Below the pieces are notes generated by a model that had not been told where the DNA came from, did no database searches, and saw only the letters and a program-made list of their open reading frames with translations. From the IMG/VR virus record IMGVR_UViG_3300014824_000003: a stretch of 49,820 nt of DNA; one strand, 5' to 3'. Position 1 is the first letter of the stretch. Every line of letters begins with the position of its first letter. Shown here piece by piece: positions 41,946 through 49,820 of this stretch. The translations under genes and the position numbers were made by a program. Origin of the DNA: a virus.

Positions 41946-42986
41946 CTACTCTGCTTTTGTGCCGTCAACGTAGATAATCGCCCAGGAATCAACGTCGTAA
42001 GGTCTAGGAAGTGGACGGGAAGTAAGACGTAACATCTTAACTTCGTTCTTCTCGTCTGCGTACTCCTTCGGAACAAGCTTTCCTTCGTAAGTGACGAATT
42101 TCTTATCTTCCATCTGGGTAACAGATCCATACTCAACCTGTCCTTCGCCGTCGGAATGTCCGATCAGAACAGTTCCGGCCGGGATCATTGCTTCCTCGTC
42201 GCCCTCGTCGTTTAAGAACCACTCGTCATAAGTGTAAATGTCAAGATCCAGTTCTGCGATTCTTCCGTAGAAGGTAAGCGCCGGATCTACCACACGCGGC
42301 TCAATAACAACATTCTTCATGTTAAGAACGTTCATGGCCTTCATGACATAAGGGTTATTTACGAAGTCCTCGATTGCGTCAGACGCGAAGATCGCAATAT
42401 CAGGGGCCTTTCCGGTCGCCTTGATAATCTTTCTTCTGATCTCGCGAAGTACCTTCAAAGGATCCACGCTGGCAAGTGACCACTTCGCGTCAGCTCCCAG
42501 ATAGGTGATATTTGAGAATCCGAAGTCGATCTGAACGTCAAGTCCTTCTTCCTCGTCCTCAACGTCGATTTTTCCTTCAAAAAGGATCTGGCGGCACATC
42601 CACTCTTTTCTTCGTGCGATTGATTCTTCAAGATCCGTCCAGTCCTTCGCCAGAAGTTCGTCTTCTCTTTCCTCTGGTGTTCTCTGGCTGTAAATGTTCT
42701 CTCCGATCGCACGCTGTGTAATGTCGTCGATTGTCATAGGTCTTTCAGGTGCAATCTTCGGTGTGGTGAACTGGTTTGTTCTGAATCCCTGGCGTGTGAT
42801 AACCTTTCCGCCCATTCTAGGACTTACAAGCGGCGCCATGATTCTTTTTCCCTTTCTTACATCAAATTCAACCTTTTCGGAAACATGCGTTTCCTCTGTC
42901 GGGAAGAAAGTCTTCTGTAAGAAGGTTTTGACGGGCGGCGTCTGGTCGAACGCTTCCATCATTTCGCGTGTTGTGTAATCAGACAT
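41946..42986 (-). CDS. Major capsid protein, lambda gpE family
   Basis: 346 aa. N-terminus ...MMEAFDQTPPVKTFLQKTFFP... is typical. Follows the decoration protein. Confidence 0.8.
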   Translation of the reverse strand: MSDYTTREMMEAFDQTPPVKTFLQKTFFPTEETHVSEKVEFDVRKGKRIMAPLVSPRMGGKVITRQGFRTNQFTTPKIAPERPMTIDDITQRAIGENIYSQRTPEEREDELLAKDWTDLEESIARRKEWMCRQILFEGKIDVEDEEEGLDVQIDFGFSNITYLGADAKWSLASVDPLKVLREIRRKIIKATGKAPDIAIFASDAIEDFVNNPYVMKAMNVLNMKNVVIEPRVVDPALTFYGRIAELDLDIYTYDEWFLNDEGDEEAMIPAGTVLIGHSDGEGQVEYGSVTQMEDKKFVTYEGKLVPKEYADEKNEVKMLRLTSRPLPRPYDVDSWAIIYVDGTKAE

Positions 42987-43004
42987 GATTTAATACCCCC
43001 TTGT

Positions 43005-43391
43005 TTACTCGTATTTCTGGACGTTACGAAGGTACATTCCGACGCCCTTCATATCGTCTTCGTATGTGTCAATAGTTGCTTCGGACTTAACAATCACCGC
43101 GCCGCGGTTGAAATGTCCGGTAATGTAGCACGTAGCCGGTACGTTCTCGTTTTTATCCTCTGATCCGGTGTCTACGTCGTCCGTAAGGATTCCGAACACC
43201 TTCAAAGTAACGGAAGAAACGGTTGTTCCGGCAAGATAAGCGTGTTTGTCAGATCCCTTCACGATAAGGGATCCGCGTTTCAATACGCCCTGACCTTTTT
43301 TCAGGCCGATTCCTTCTTTCAAAACCGGGTAGTCAGGTGACGCAAAAAGTGAATCCGGCGTAAATTCGCCGACTTTTCCATATAATCCCAT
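43005..43391 (-). CDS. Head decoration protein (lambda gpD-like)
   Basis: 128 aa, between the protease and the capsid gene. Confidence 0.65.
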   Translation of the reverse strand: MGLYGKVGEFTPDSLFASPDYPVLKEGIGLKKGQGVLKRGSLIVKGSDKHAYLAGTTVSSVTLKVFGILTDDVDTGSEDKNENVPATCYITGHFNRGAVIVKSEATIDTYEDDMKGVGMYLRNVQKYE

Positions 43392-43394
43392 GAT

Positions 43395-44600
43395 TTATTT
43401 CTCCTTTCTTCTCTTGTCGCCCTTTAACGCGTTTGCAAATCCGCGAACTTTGGCTTCCTTCTGTTCCGGTGTCTGCGCTCCGGCGTCGTTTCCAACGTTC
43501 GGAACTGCTCCAACCTCTCCGGATCCGGATTTTGTCAGATCGTCAACAACATTTGTCATCGTCTGCACTCCGGCGGCGTTGTTTGCTTTCATCTGTGCCA
43601 GTGCAAGATCAGCGGCGGAAAGCGGCTCGTCATACTTTGCCTTTTTCAAAACGTCGTCTGGAATTCCGTTCGCGATCTCGTCAATGGCTTTTAAGCGATC
43701 GCGTTCGTTCTGAATAGCTTCGTCCACGATCTGATTTATCATATCGGGATAAGCACTTCGCAACTGTGCGGCGTTCTCGATTTTCACCGGCGCCGTGTTC
43801 TGGTTCTGATTCTGTCCCATGTCATTATTTCCTTTCTGTGGATTGGTTTTATTAAAAAAAGTCCCGTCGTCCTTCTGCGGCGTTTTAGAAAGATTCTGAA
43901 CCTTTTTTCGAACATCATCGGGAAGAATAGGTTCCACATAGTTCTTGAAACTGTATCTTCCTTCGTTTGTGACTGCGGCGTTCGTGAAGTTTTCTTCGAT
44001 CACTTCGTCGCAAAATCCATTGTCAACGGCTTCCTGACCGACATACCAAGCCGTTTCGTTCATCATTTCTTCGATTTCTTCGTCTGTTTTCCCCAGGCGA
44101 TCGCGATAAACGGCCTTGATTGAATCTTTTACTTTGTCGGTTGCTTCCGCTAACTTTCGCAAATCGTCCGCTTCATAGGCTCCATAAACCGTTACTTTTG
44201 GATTGTGTGCCATAATTACGCCGTTTTTTGCGATTCTGCGCGTTTCTGCCGCTTGTAAAATGATCGTGGCGGCGGAAGCACAAATTCCGATAATTGTCGC
44301 GGTAATCTTTGCGCTGTTTGCCACAAGCGCGTTATAAATCGCATTTGCCGCGAATACGTCGCCGCCCTGGGACTGGATCAATACGTTTATATTGTCTTTA
44401 GTCCCCAGTGCGTTCAAATCGTTAATAAAATTTCTGTAAGTGACACAATCGTCACTCCACCAGTCTTCTTCCGAAGAAATCGTTCCGAAAAGTTGTAATT
44501 CGGCGTCGTTTCCGTGTTCTGTGAAGTTCCAGAATTTATTGACCTTCGGCGCCGGTGTCGCCATGTTCAGGAACTTTGTCTTCTTCGTTGCCTTCTTCAT
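43395..44600 (-). CDS. ClpP/S49-like prohead protease with scaffold-like C-terminus
   Basis: IQSQGGDVFAANAIYNAL...ICASAATIILQAA...MAHNP. ATG 44600 lies 10 nt after SD AAGGAG. Confidence 0.8.
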   Translation of the reverse strand: MKKATKKTKFLNMATPAPKVNKFWNFTEHGNDAELQLFGTISSEEDWWSDDCVTYRNFINDLNALGTKDNINVLIQSQGGDVFAANAIYNALVANSAKITATIIGICASAATIILQAAETRRIAKNGVIMAHNPKVTVYGAYEADDLRKLAEATDKVKDSIKAVYRDRLGKTDEEIEEMMNETAWYVGQEAVDNGFCDEVIEENFTNAAVTNEGRYSFKNYVEPILPDDVRKKVQNLSKTPQKDDGTFFNKTNPQKGNNDMGQNQNQNTAPVKIENAAQLRSAYPDMINQIVDEAIQNERDRLKAIDEIANGIPDDVLKKAKYDEPLSAADLALAQMKANNAAGVQTMTNVVDDLTKSGSGEVGAVPNVGNDAGAQTPEQKEAKVRGFANALKGDKRRKEK

Positions 44601-46209
44601 CGTCAACATTCTCCTTTTCTGTTTTATTTTCAGCCGGTGCGGACGGTGCCGCGCCAGAAATGCCGTATTCTTTCATCAGGTCGTTTTCGCGTGCAAGCTG
44701 GGCGACGTTTGCTTCAAAGTCTCCGCCGGTCATTTCGATTGTTTCTTTCTGTCGTGTCGAAATTCCGATTGATATTCTTTCTTTTGCCGCGTTTACTTCT
44801 TTGACCGGATCAATCATTCCCTGGGCTGGGCCGTTCCATTGCGCGCCGGAATATGCTTTTTTAATCATCGGATCCAGGAAGAATCCTGGCGCCTTTAATC
44901 TTCCGGAAGAAATCGCTTCGATCAGGAAAATTTCATATATCGGCTGGCAAAAATCAGCGGCAAGCCACGCCCTTTTCATTCGAAAAGCCTTCCAAGCTTC
45001 CAGAAGGGCGGCGCGTGAAGCGGAATAACTTGACGTGAAGTTCTTTGTCAGTAGTTCGACCGGGATTTCCAGCGCGGCGCCGATATACTTCGAAAGCGCG
45101 GTCACGAACGCGTCAAAATTCGTCGAAGGTCTTTTCGCGTCAGCGATTTCGACCTTTTCGCCCGGATTTAACATGTTCACCATTCCAGGCCCCAGTTCGT
45201 AACTGACATTATCGTTCGTCACTTCTTCGCCTTCCGGAACTACTCCGGTGAACCCTACGTCTTGCGCTCCGGATTCCGATGTAATAAACACCGTGAAGAA
45301 TCCATTGATAACAGCCGCCATTTGTTCGGCTTCGCTGTATCTGGTTAATTGTTTTAATGAATCAATAACCGGTGCCAGATAAGGAACGCCGCGGTATTGC
45401 TCCGGGCGTTCTGTTTCGTAAATCATTAGCACGTTCGGAATTCCCGTCTTATCACCGAAGGCTTTTACACGCGTCCACTTCTTTTCCGTGTGAAGGTTGC
45501 TGTTTGGATAAGTCGAACAAATATGATATGCCACGATCTGGCCGGCGTCGTTAAGTTCAACGCCGTTATAGATCCGGTTCCCGGTCTGTAAGTCCTTCGC
45601 GTATAAATTCACGGTGTTTCCGGTTGTGTGCGGTGTCGAGACTCGATCCGATTCGATCAGACGGACGCGCAACCCATACGGGAAGAACTTCGTCGGGCGT
45701 TCGTACTCTACCAGGACGCAAGCGTCGCCATTCATAAGCCACGACATTAACGCCGTTTGCTGGATTTCGTAAAAATTATTCGATCGTATCGCGTCACAAA
45801 ACTTTGATTCCGCCCATAATTCAAATTCGCGTTCCGCCTGGCGTTGCCATTCTGCCGCCGCTTCCGGCGTCATTCCAAGATAGGAATAGTCGATCGTGCT
45901 TTTCAGTTTCAATCCTTCGCCAACTACATTCGTTCGGTTTGTCTTGATTGCCGAAGCGGCCAGCGGCGCCGACATATACAAGCTTCTTGATCGCTGGCGT
46001 AGTGTCGGAAGATTCTTGTCAATGTCTTCTTGCGGACTTTTTGATCTTGCCGACCAGCCGCGCATTGAATTTTTTGTTCTGGAAGCCCCCGATTCGTCAT
46101 ATCCTGAATTTTGAAATGTTCGGATCAGTTCCATTCCCATTCGTGCCTGTTGTCGTTTCAGGGCGGCCGCCGGATTGAAAGCTTCAATCGCTTTGTCGAT
46201 AATATTCAC
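44536..46209 (-). CDS. Portal protein, lambda gpB family (GTG start)
   Basis: 557 aa. Synteny terL-gpW-portal-protease. Confidence 0.85.
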   Translation of the reverse strand: MNIIDKAIEAFNPAAALKRQQARMGMELIRTFQNSGYDESGASRTKNSMRGWSARSKSPQEDIDKNLPTLRQRSRSLYMSAPLAASAIKTNRTNVVGEGLKLKSTIDYSYLGMTPEAAAEWQRQAEREFELWAESKFCDAIRSNNFYEIQQTALMSWLMNGDACVLVEYERPTKFFPYGLRVRLIESDRVSTPHTTGNTVNLYAKDLQTGNRIYNGVELNDAGQIVAYHICSTYPNSNLHTEKKWTRVKAFGDKTGIPNVLMIYETERPEQYRGVPYLAPVIDSLKQLTRYSEAEQMAAVINGFFTVFITSESGAQDVGFTGVVPEGEEVTNDNVSYELGPGMVNMLNPGEKVEIADAKRPSTNFDAFVTALSKYIGAALEIPVELLTKNFTSSYSASRAALLEAWKAFRMKRAWLAADFCQPIYEIFLIEAISSGRLKAPGFFLDPMIKKAYSGAQWNGPAQGMIDPVKEVNAAKERISIGISTRQKETIEMTGGDFEANVAQLARENDLMKEYGISGAAPSAPAENKTEKENVDDEEGNEEDKVPEHGDTGAEGQ

Positions 46210-46227
46210 TTTTCAGCCACCGCCTTT

Positions 46228-46464
46228 CTAAATATCACGCGGAACAAATCGGAAAGCCTTGTTTTTTCCGCCTGATTCTAATAAATCAATCTGTTTTTCC
46301 AGGTCTTTAATAGCCGCCCGGATAGTTCCAAGATCGGCACGTTTTAAGCTTTTCGTCCCGATCGTGTATTCCTGGTTAAGAAGAACAGCTTCTTCCGCTT
46401 CCAGGTACATATTCAGCCTGGATTTATAACGTTCCAGGCGTTCCTTCTGTGTGTTGCTTAACAT
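46228..46464 (-). CDS. gpW-like head-tail joining protein
   Basis: 78 aa between terL and the portal gene, as in lambda. Confidence 0.6.
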   Translation of the reverse strand: MLSNTQKERLERYKSRLNMYLEAEEAVLLNQEYTIGTKSLKRADLGTIRAAIKDLEKQIDLLESGGKNKAFRFVPRDI

Positions 46465-46475
46465 ATTTCACCGCC

Positions 46476-48386
46476 TTACAACTGGACGCCGCGGTTTAAG
46501 GCGCCAGTTTTTCGTTTTCCGGTCTTTTTTGCCGGTTGTCTTTTCATGTAGTTAATTCCGGCCTTGACCTTTGATTCCAGAACGTCCCAGTCAGGACGTA
46601 GGATCTCGACCGCGGCTGTGGAATAGTTTCGAAGATCCAGCGGTTCGTTTCTGATTCCGCCGGCTTTCTTTACCCACTTGATAACCGGGCGCCCGTCTTT
46701 TATGTGAACGACACGTTGCTCACTGTTAAGCCCCTTTATGTAGGTTTCGTTATATCCGCGGTCGGCATTGATCGGAAAATGGCAATACCCCGGCCCTTCG
46801 TCAACCGTATTAAGCCGCGTCATAAGTATTTCTTTTCCGGAATCCACACCCAGGATAAAAACCTTAACTTTTAGCTGGTTGTTTGTGGATAACTTGTGTA
46901 TAAGTGGAATACCTGGGCCACCCATACCCTTAACACCGTAAATCCTTTTGCTTTTTCGCTCCATTTTTTTCAGCCATTTGTAACATTGCGTCGTGAAATG
47001 GCCGCCGGTATCTATGCAAGTGCAAGCGATCAGAAGCGAACTTCCGGAAGCAAAGTAAAATTCTTTATCAAGATAGTTTTCCAGAAGATCCCAGGTTTCT
47101 TCTTTTTCCAGGTCGCCGAAAATCTTATCGTACTTAATGCCCCACGATTCATAACCGCGGCCCCAGCCGGTGATCTCGATTTCGAAACGGTCGTCCTGAA
47201 CGTCCACGCCGGCCGTGAGAACGACAGCACCGTCCGGAATGTCTGCTTCGTATCTTTCGCGGCGTCCGATGATAGAATCATCGTCGGCACTTTTGCCGCG
47301 TTCTTCCCATGTTTCGCCAAGCGTCGTATTGATCCAGGTTTTCATTTTGTTAATGTCGCCGTTTTCCTTCAATTCCTTTTGTGCTTCCCTGAATTCCCGG
47401 ATAATTTCTTCCCAGTGTTTCCATGGCGACGCTAATTCGTTAAGGTGAAAGCTTCTTTTTCGCTTTCTGTCCGGAAATTTTGCGATATACTTTCCTTTTT
47501 GCTGTTTCCAGTCAACTTCGGAAATATGTTCGCCGCAAAATTTACATTCCATCGTCACATCTGAAAAATGAATCCTTCCCCATTCGTAAGGCTGGTATTT
47601 TCCGCAACAAGGGCAAGGAACACACCATTCTTCTTGTGATCCGGTTAGGAATTCGGCTTCGATCTGGCTCTGTCCTTTGATTGTCGGCGTTGAAACCTTT
47701 ATTTTTTTACGATTCCAGAAGGTCGTCGTTCGCTTTTCAGCTAACTTGATCGGGTTTCCTTCTGTTCCAGCGCTGGCCGGATAGCGGTCGATCTCGTCCA
47801 TTAAGGCGATTCGGATAGGTCTTGACGCCAGGGAAGCCGGCGAATTCGCCCCGGCCATAGTGATATGACCGCCCGGAAACTGTTTGTGAAGAATTGTGTT
47901 TCCGGAATTCTTTGATTTTGCGTCGCGAACCTTTTCGCGAAGTGCCGGCGTGTCGCGGATCATCGGCGCCAGTCTGTCCTTCGAAAAGGTCTGGGCCATT
48001 TCGATTGTCGGGTTTACGACCAGGATCGGCGCCGGATCGTAGTCGATATAATATCCGATTGTGTTCAGAATAAGTTCTGTCTTTCCGACCTGGGCGGAAG
48101 ACATAATCACCACTTCTTCACATTCCGGATTGTTTACGGCGTCCAAGATCTCGCGCTGATAAGGTGCGCGGTCTGTATTCCAGCGTCCGGCTTCGGCGCT
48201 ACTTTCTGCCGACAGTCTTCTTTCAGCGTCCGCCCACTGGCTAACCGTCATAATAGGCGGCGGCGCTACTGCTTTTGCTATCTTTTCAAATAATTTGATT
48301 GTCTTTAAGTCGATACCTAAATCTTTCGAACGTTTTCTGTCTGGCTCTGATTTAATCATCGTCTTCACCTTCGACGTATTCATCAC
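46476..48386 (-). CDS. terL: Terminase large subunit, GpA family
   Basis: 636 aa. Walker A-like MSSAQVGKTE, zinc-finger-like CPCCGK...CKFCG. Confidence 0.9.
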   Translation of the reverse strand: MMNTSKVKTMIKSEPDRKRSKDLGIDLKTIKLFEKIAKAVAPPPIMTVSQWADAERRLSAESSAEAGRWNTDRAPYQREILDAVNNPECEEVVIMSSAQVGKTELILNTIGYYIDYDPAPILVVNPTIEMAQTFSKDRLAPMIRDTPALREKVRDAKSKNSGNTILHKQFPGGHITMAGANSPASLASRPIRIALMDEIDRYPASAGTEGNPIKLAEKRTTTFWNRKKIKVSTPTIKGQSQIEAEFLTGSQEEWCVPCPCCGKYQPYEWGRIHFSDVTMECKFCGEHISEVDWKQQKGKYIAKFPDRKRKRSFHLNELASPWKHWEEIIREFREAQKELKENGDINKMKTWINTTLGETWEERGKSADDDSIIGRRERYEADIPDGAVVLTAGVDVQDDRFEIEITGWGRGYESWGIKYDKIFGDLEKEETWDLLENYLDKEFYFASGSSLLIACTCIDTGGHFTTQCYKWLKKMERKSKRIYGVKGMGGPGIPLIHKLSTNNQLKVKVFILGVDSGKEILMTRLNTVDEGPGYCHFPINADRGYNETYIKGLNSEQRVVHIKDGRPVIKWVKKAGGIRNEPLDLRNYSTAAVEILRPDWDVLESKVKAGINYMKRQPAKKTGKRKTGALNRGVQL

Positions 48387-48906
48387 TATAAAAAGCCTTT
48401 GGATCGTAGTCTTTCAATTCGTTTAAGGCTTCCGTGACTTCCGCTGTCAGGCGATCTTTGATAAATCCGGCGTCGCGGCTTTCCAGCACCGGCGCAACCT
48501 TCGAAGGGATATTCATAACCCTTGTTTTGAATGAAGTCAGCATGTCAGTCATTACTTTTTCGACGTCTTCGGCCTTGTGAAGTTCTCCCTTCATGGTTTG
48601 AAGGCGAAGTTCTGAAATGTGACGCTTAACTCTTTCGTGAAGTGCTTTTTCTTCTTCAATGTTCAGTTCTCCGTCCGGATTGTCCTGGTTTGCCGTGTCA
48701 ACGGCAAGCTTCAAAGACAAGATATAATTCTTAACGGATTCCTGGAAGTTGTACCGGCCTTTCGCCACGCGGACGATGATTCCTTCTTCTGCCATCTGGC
48801 GAATACGTCTGTCAGACACACCGAATATATCGCCCAGGACGGCGGCCGATACGGTCAAGCTGTCTACGTTCGTGATTTTTGCTGATTCTGTTTCTGCTTT
48901 TGCCAT
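48352..48906 (-). CDS. terS: Terminase small subunit (Nu1-like HTH)
   Basis: LTVSAAVLGDIFGVSDRRIRQMAEEGIIV; overlaps terL. Confidence 0.75.
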   Translation of the reverse strand: MAKAETESAKITNVDSLTVSAAVLGDIFGVSDRRIRQMAEEGIIVRVAKGRYNFQESVKNYILSLKLAVDTANQDNPDGELNIEEEKALHERVKRHISELRLQTMKGELHKAEDVEKVMTDMLTSFKTRVMNIPSKVAPVLESRDAGFIKDRLTAEVTEALNELKDYDPKAFYSDEYVEGEDDD

Positions 48907-48980
48907 ATCCTCGCCCCCTTTCCGGTCAAATCGGTAACGGCAACTTCTGTTATTTTTTGTCTGTATCTAGGAAGATTTTG

Positions 48981-49017
48981 GGCTTCGCTTACCCGCGGGG
49001 CCGATTCGGTCGCCGGA
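48981..49017. other. GC-rich dyad-symmetric island upstream of terS (cos/packaging-site candidate)
   Basis: Contains the palindrome CCCGCGGG, the near-palindrome CCGATTCGG, and GGTCGCC (reverse complement GGCGACC, as in the lambda cos end). Confidence 0.3.
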
Positions 49018-49092
49018 AGAACCTACGAAAGTTCGGGGAAAAATTCCACGATGATTTTCACGTCCTGGCCGGGTGCCTTGTCGTCCCCTTCT

Positions 49093-49197
49093 CTTGACAT
49101 ATCTTGTAATTGTGTCAAGTCACTTGTGCGCCTTTCCTTTCTATTAAACGCAACGAAAACGATCACACTTCACTTGTCAACGCCCCGTTGTGTCAAG
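49093..49197. repeat. Two inverted-repeat units CTTGACA-N13-TGTCAAG (49093-49119) and CTTGTCA-N11-TGTCAAG (49173-49197)
   Basis: Read directly. The 11-mer TTGTGTCAAGT is repeated at 49110 and 49188. Confidence 0.7.
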
Positions 49198-49202
49198 TAA
49201 AA

Positions 49203-49251
49203 GGCAAAAAGAAAGAAGTCTTCCGATTATCCGTGTGGATAGGAAGGCTTC
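49203..49251 (-). terminator. Terminator after the tyrosine recombinase gene
   Basis: Minus strand reads GAAGCCTTCC-17 nt-GGAAGACTTC followed by TTTCTTTTTGCC. Confidence 0.6.
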
Positions 49252-49260
49252 TTGTGTGTG

Positions 49261-49820
49261 CTATCTCTTGCCCTTGCCATGCTTGAAGGTCAGGCTCTTA
49301 ATCAGCTTATCTTTGTTGTCCTGGTTGATACCAATGTATCGAAGGGTGACGCTTATGTCTGCATGGTTGAATATCTCCATCAGTGTAACCGCGTCGTGTG
49401 TCTGCTGGTACATGTGATAGCCGAATGTCTTTCGTAGTGTGTGCGTGCCTATTGCTTCCAGGCCGAACACCTTCGCCGCGTCAGTCAGTACGTTGTACGC
49501 TTGCTGTCTGGTGATAGGCTTATTCGGGTATCGTGGCGATTTGAATAGATATTCATAATCTCTTTTGCCAGCGATATATTCTTCGATGATAGGTTTCAGT
49601 TCGGAATTTATCGGGAATCTTTTTTCCTTCCCGGTTTTTTTCTCCCTGATATAAACAGCGTCTTTTTCCCGGACGTCACGAATTCGGAATTTTAAAATAT
49701 CCGAAATTCTAAGCCCGGTATAAATACCAAACATAAAAAGAACATAATCACGTTCATTATTCGATTTTAGGTATTCGGCCAAATCCATCACAAGATCCAT
49801 GTCCCTGATCGGTTCGACCG
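49261..49820 (-). CDS. Small tyrosine recombinase (catalytic domain only, 188 aa in full); the 5' end continues across the circular junction (see 1-134)
   Basis: GLRISD (Arg I), HTLRKTF (His-x-x-Arg), NHADISVTLRYI (catalytic Tyr). No N-terminal core-binding domain. Confidence 0.8.
   Translation of the reverse strand, partial: VEPIRDMDLVMDLAEYLKSNNERDYVLFMFGIYTGLRISDILKFRIRDVREKDAVYIREKKTGKEKRFPINSELKPIIEEYIAGKRDYEYLFKSPRYPNKPITRQQAYNVLTDAAKVFGLEAIGTHTLRKTFGYHMYQQTHDAVTLMEIFNHADISVTLRYIGINQDNKDKLIKSLTFKHGKGKR
49694..49820. repeat. Terminal direct repeat, second copy of 1-127
   Basis: Identical string. Confidence 0.9.

Larger units (their letters stand above)
1..49820. mobile_element. Complete temperate contractile-tailed phage genome (circularly permuted, 49,693 bp unit plus 127-bp overlap)
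   Basis: Full set of packaging, head, tail, lysis, lysogeny and replication genes is present. The first and last 127 nt are identical. Confidence 0.85.

Noticed and set aside
1-49820. tRNA, rRNA, tmRNA or retron-type ncRNA genes
   Set aside because: I found no cloverleaf-like GTTCGAATC/T-loop contexts or long structured GC-rich non-coding blocks by eye. This is a weak negative; tRNAscan/Infernal should be run.

Overview
The window is one complete, circularly closed temperate phage genome. Bases 1-127 are identical to 49694-49820, giving a unit length of 49,693 bp. Ribosome-binding sites, a CW_7 endolysin, XhlA and a clostridial-type TubZ suggest a Firmicutes/Clostridia-type host. Almost all genes are on the minus strand. 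Read along the minus strand, the order is: (1) terS-terL-gpW-portal-ClpP protease-decoration-gpE capsid, a lambda-like head module (48906 to 41946); (2) neck, sheath, tube, chaperone with -1 frameshift, tape measure and a P2/Mu/PBSX-like baseplate (41934 to 27406); (3) a complete diversity-generating retroelement, target1/VR1-avd-TR-RT (27413 to 24373); (4) XhlA-holin-GH25/CW_7 endolysin (24315 to 22607); (5) an accessory/lysogeny region (22316 to 10952) holding plus-strand small genes behind triplicated promoter-operator cassettes, a large serine recombinase, lipoprotein and SWIM morons, a CI-like repressor with its operator switch, and a second remote DGR target (VR2); (6) a TubR-orf-TubZ tubulin-type partition module with a 10-bp iteron centromere; (7) a replication module (replisome organizer with internal ori-like repeats, DnaC-like loader, SSB, MazG, and a Dam methylase split by a G9 tract); (8) a sigma-like late regulator; (9) a small tyrosine recombinase that spans the window junction. 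The observations I rank highest are: the two-target DGR with one target in the early operon; the TubZRC-like system with a second inverted copy of its centromere array; the homopolymer-split dam; the triplicated promoter-operator cassettes; and the combination of serine recombinase, minimal tyrosine recombinase and partition system in one phage. No tRNA, rRNA or CRISPR array was seen. All functional calls rest on motif and architecture recognition by eye, not on searches.
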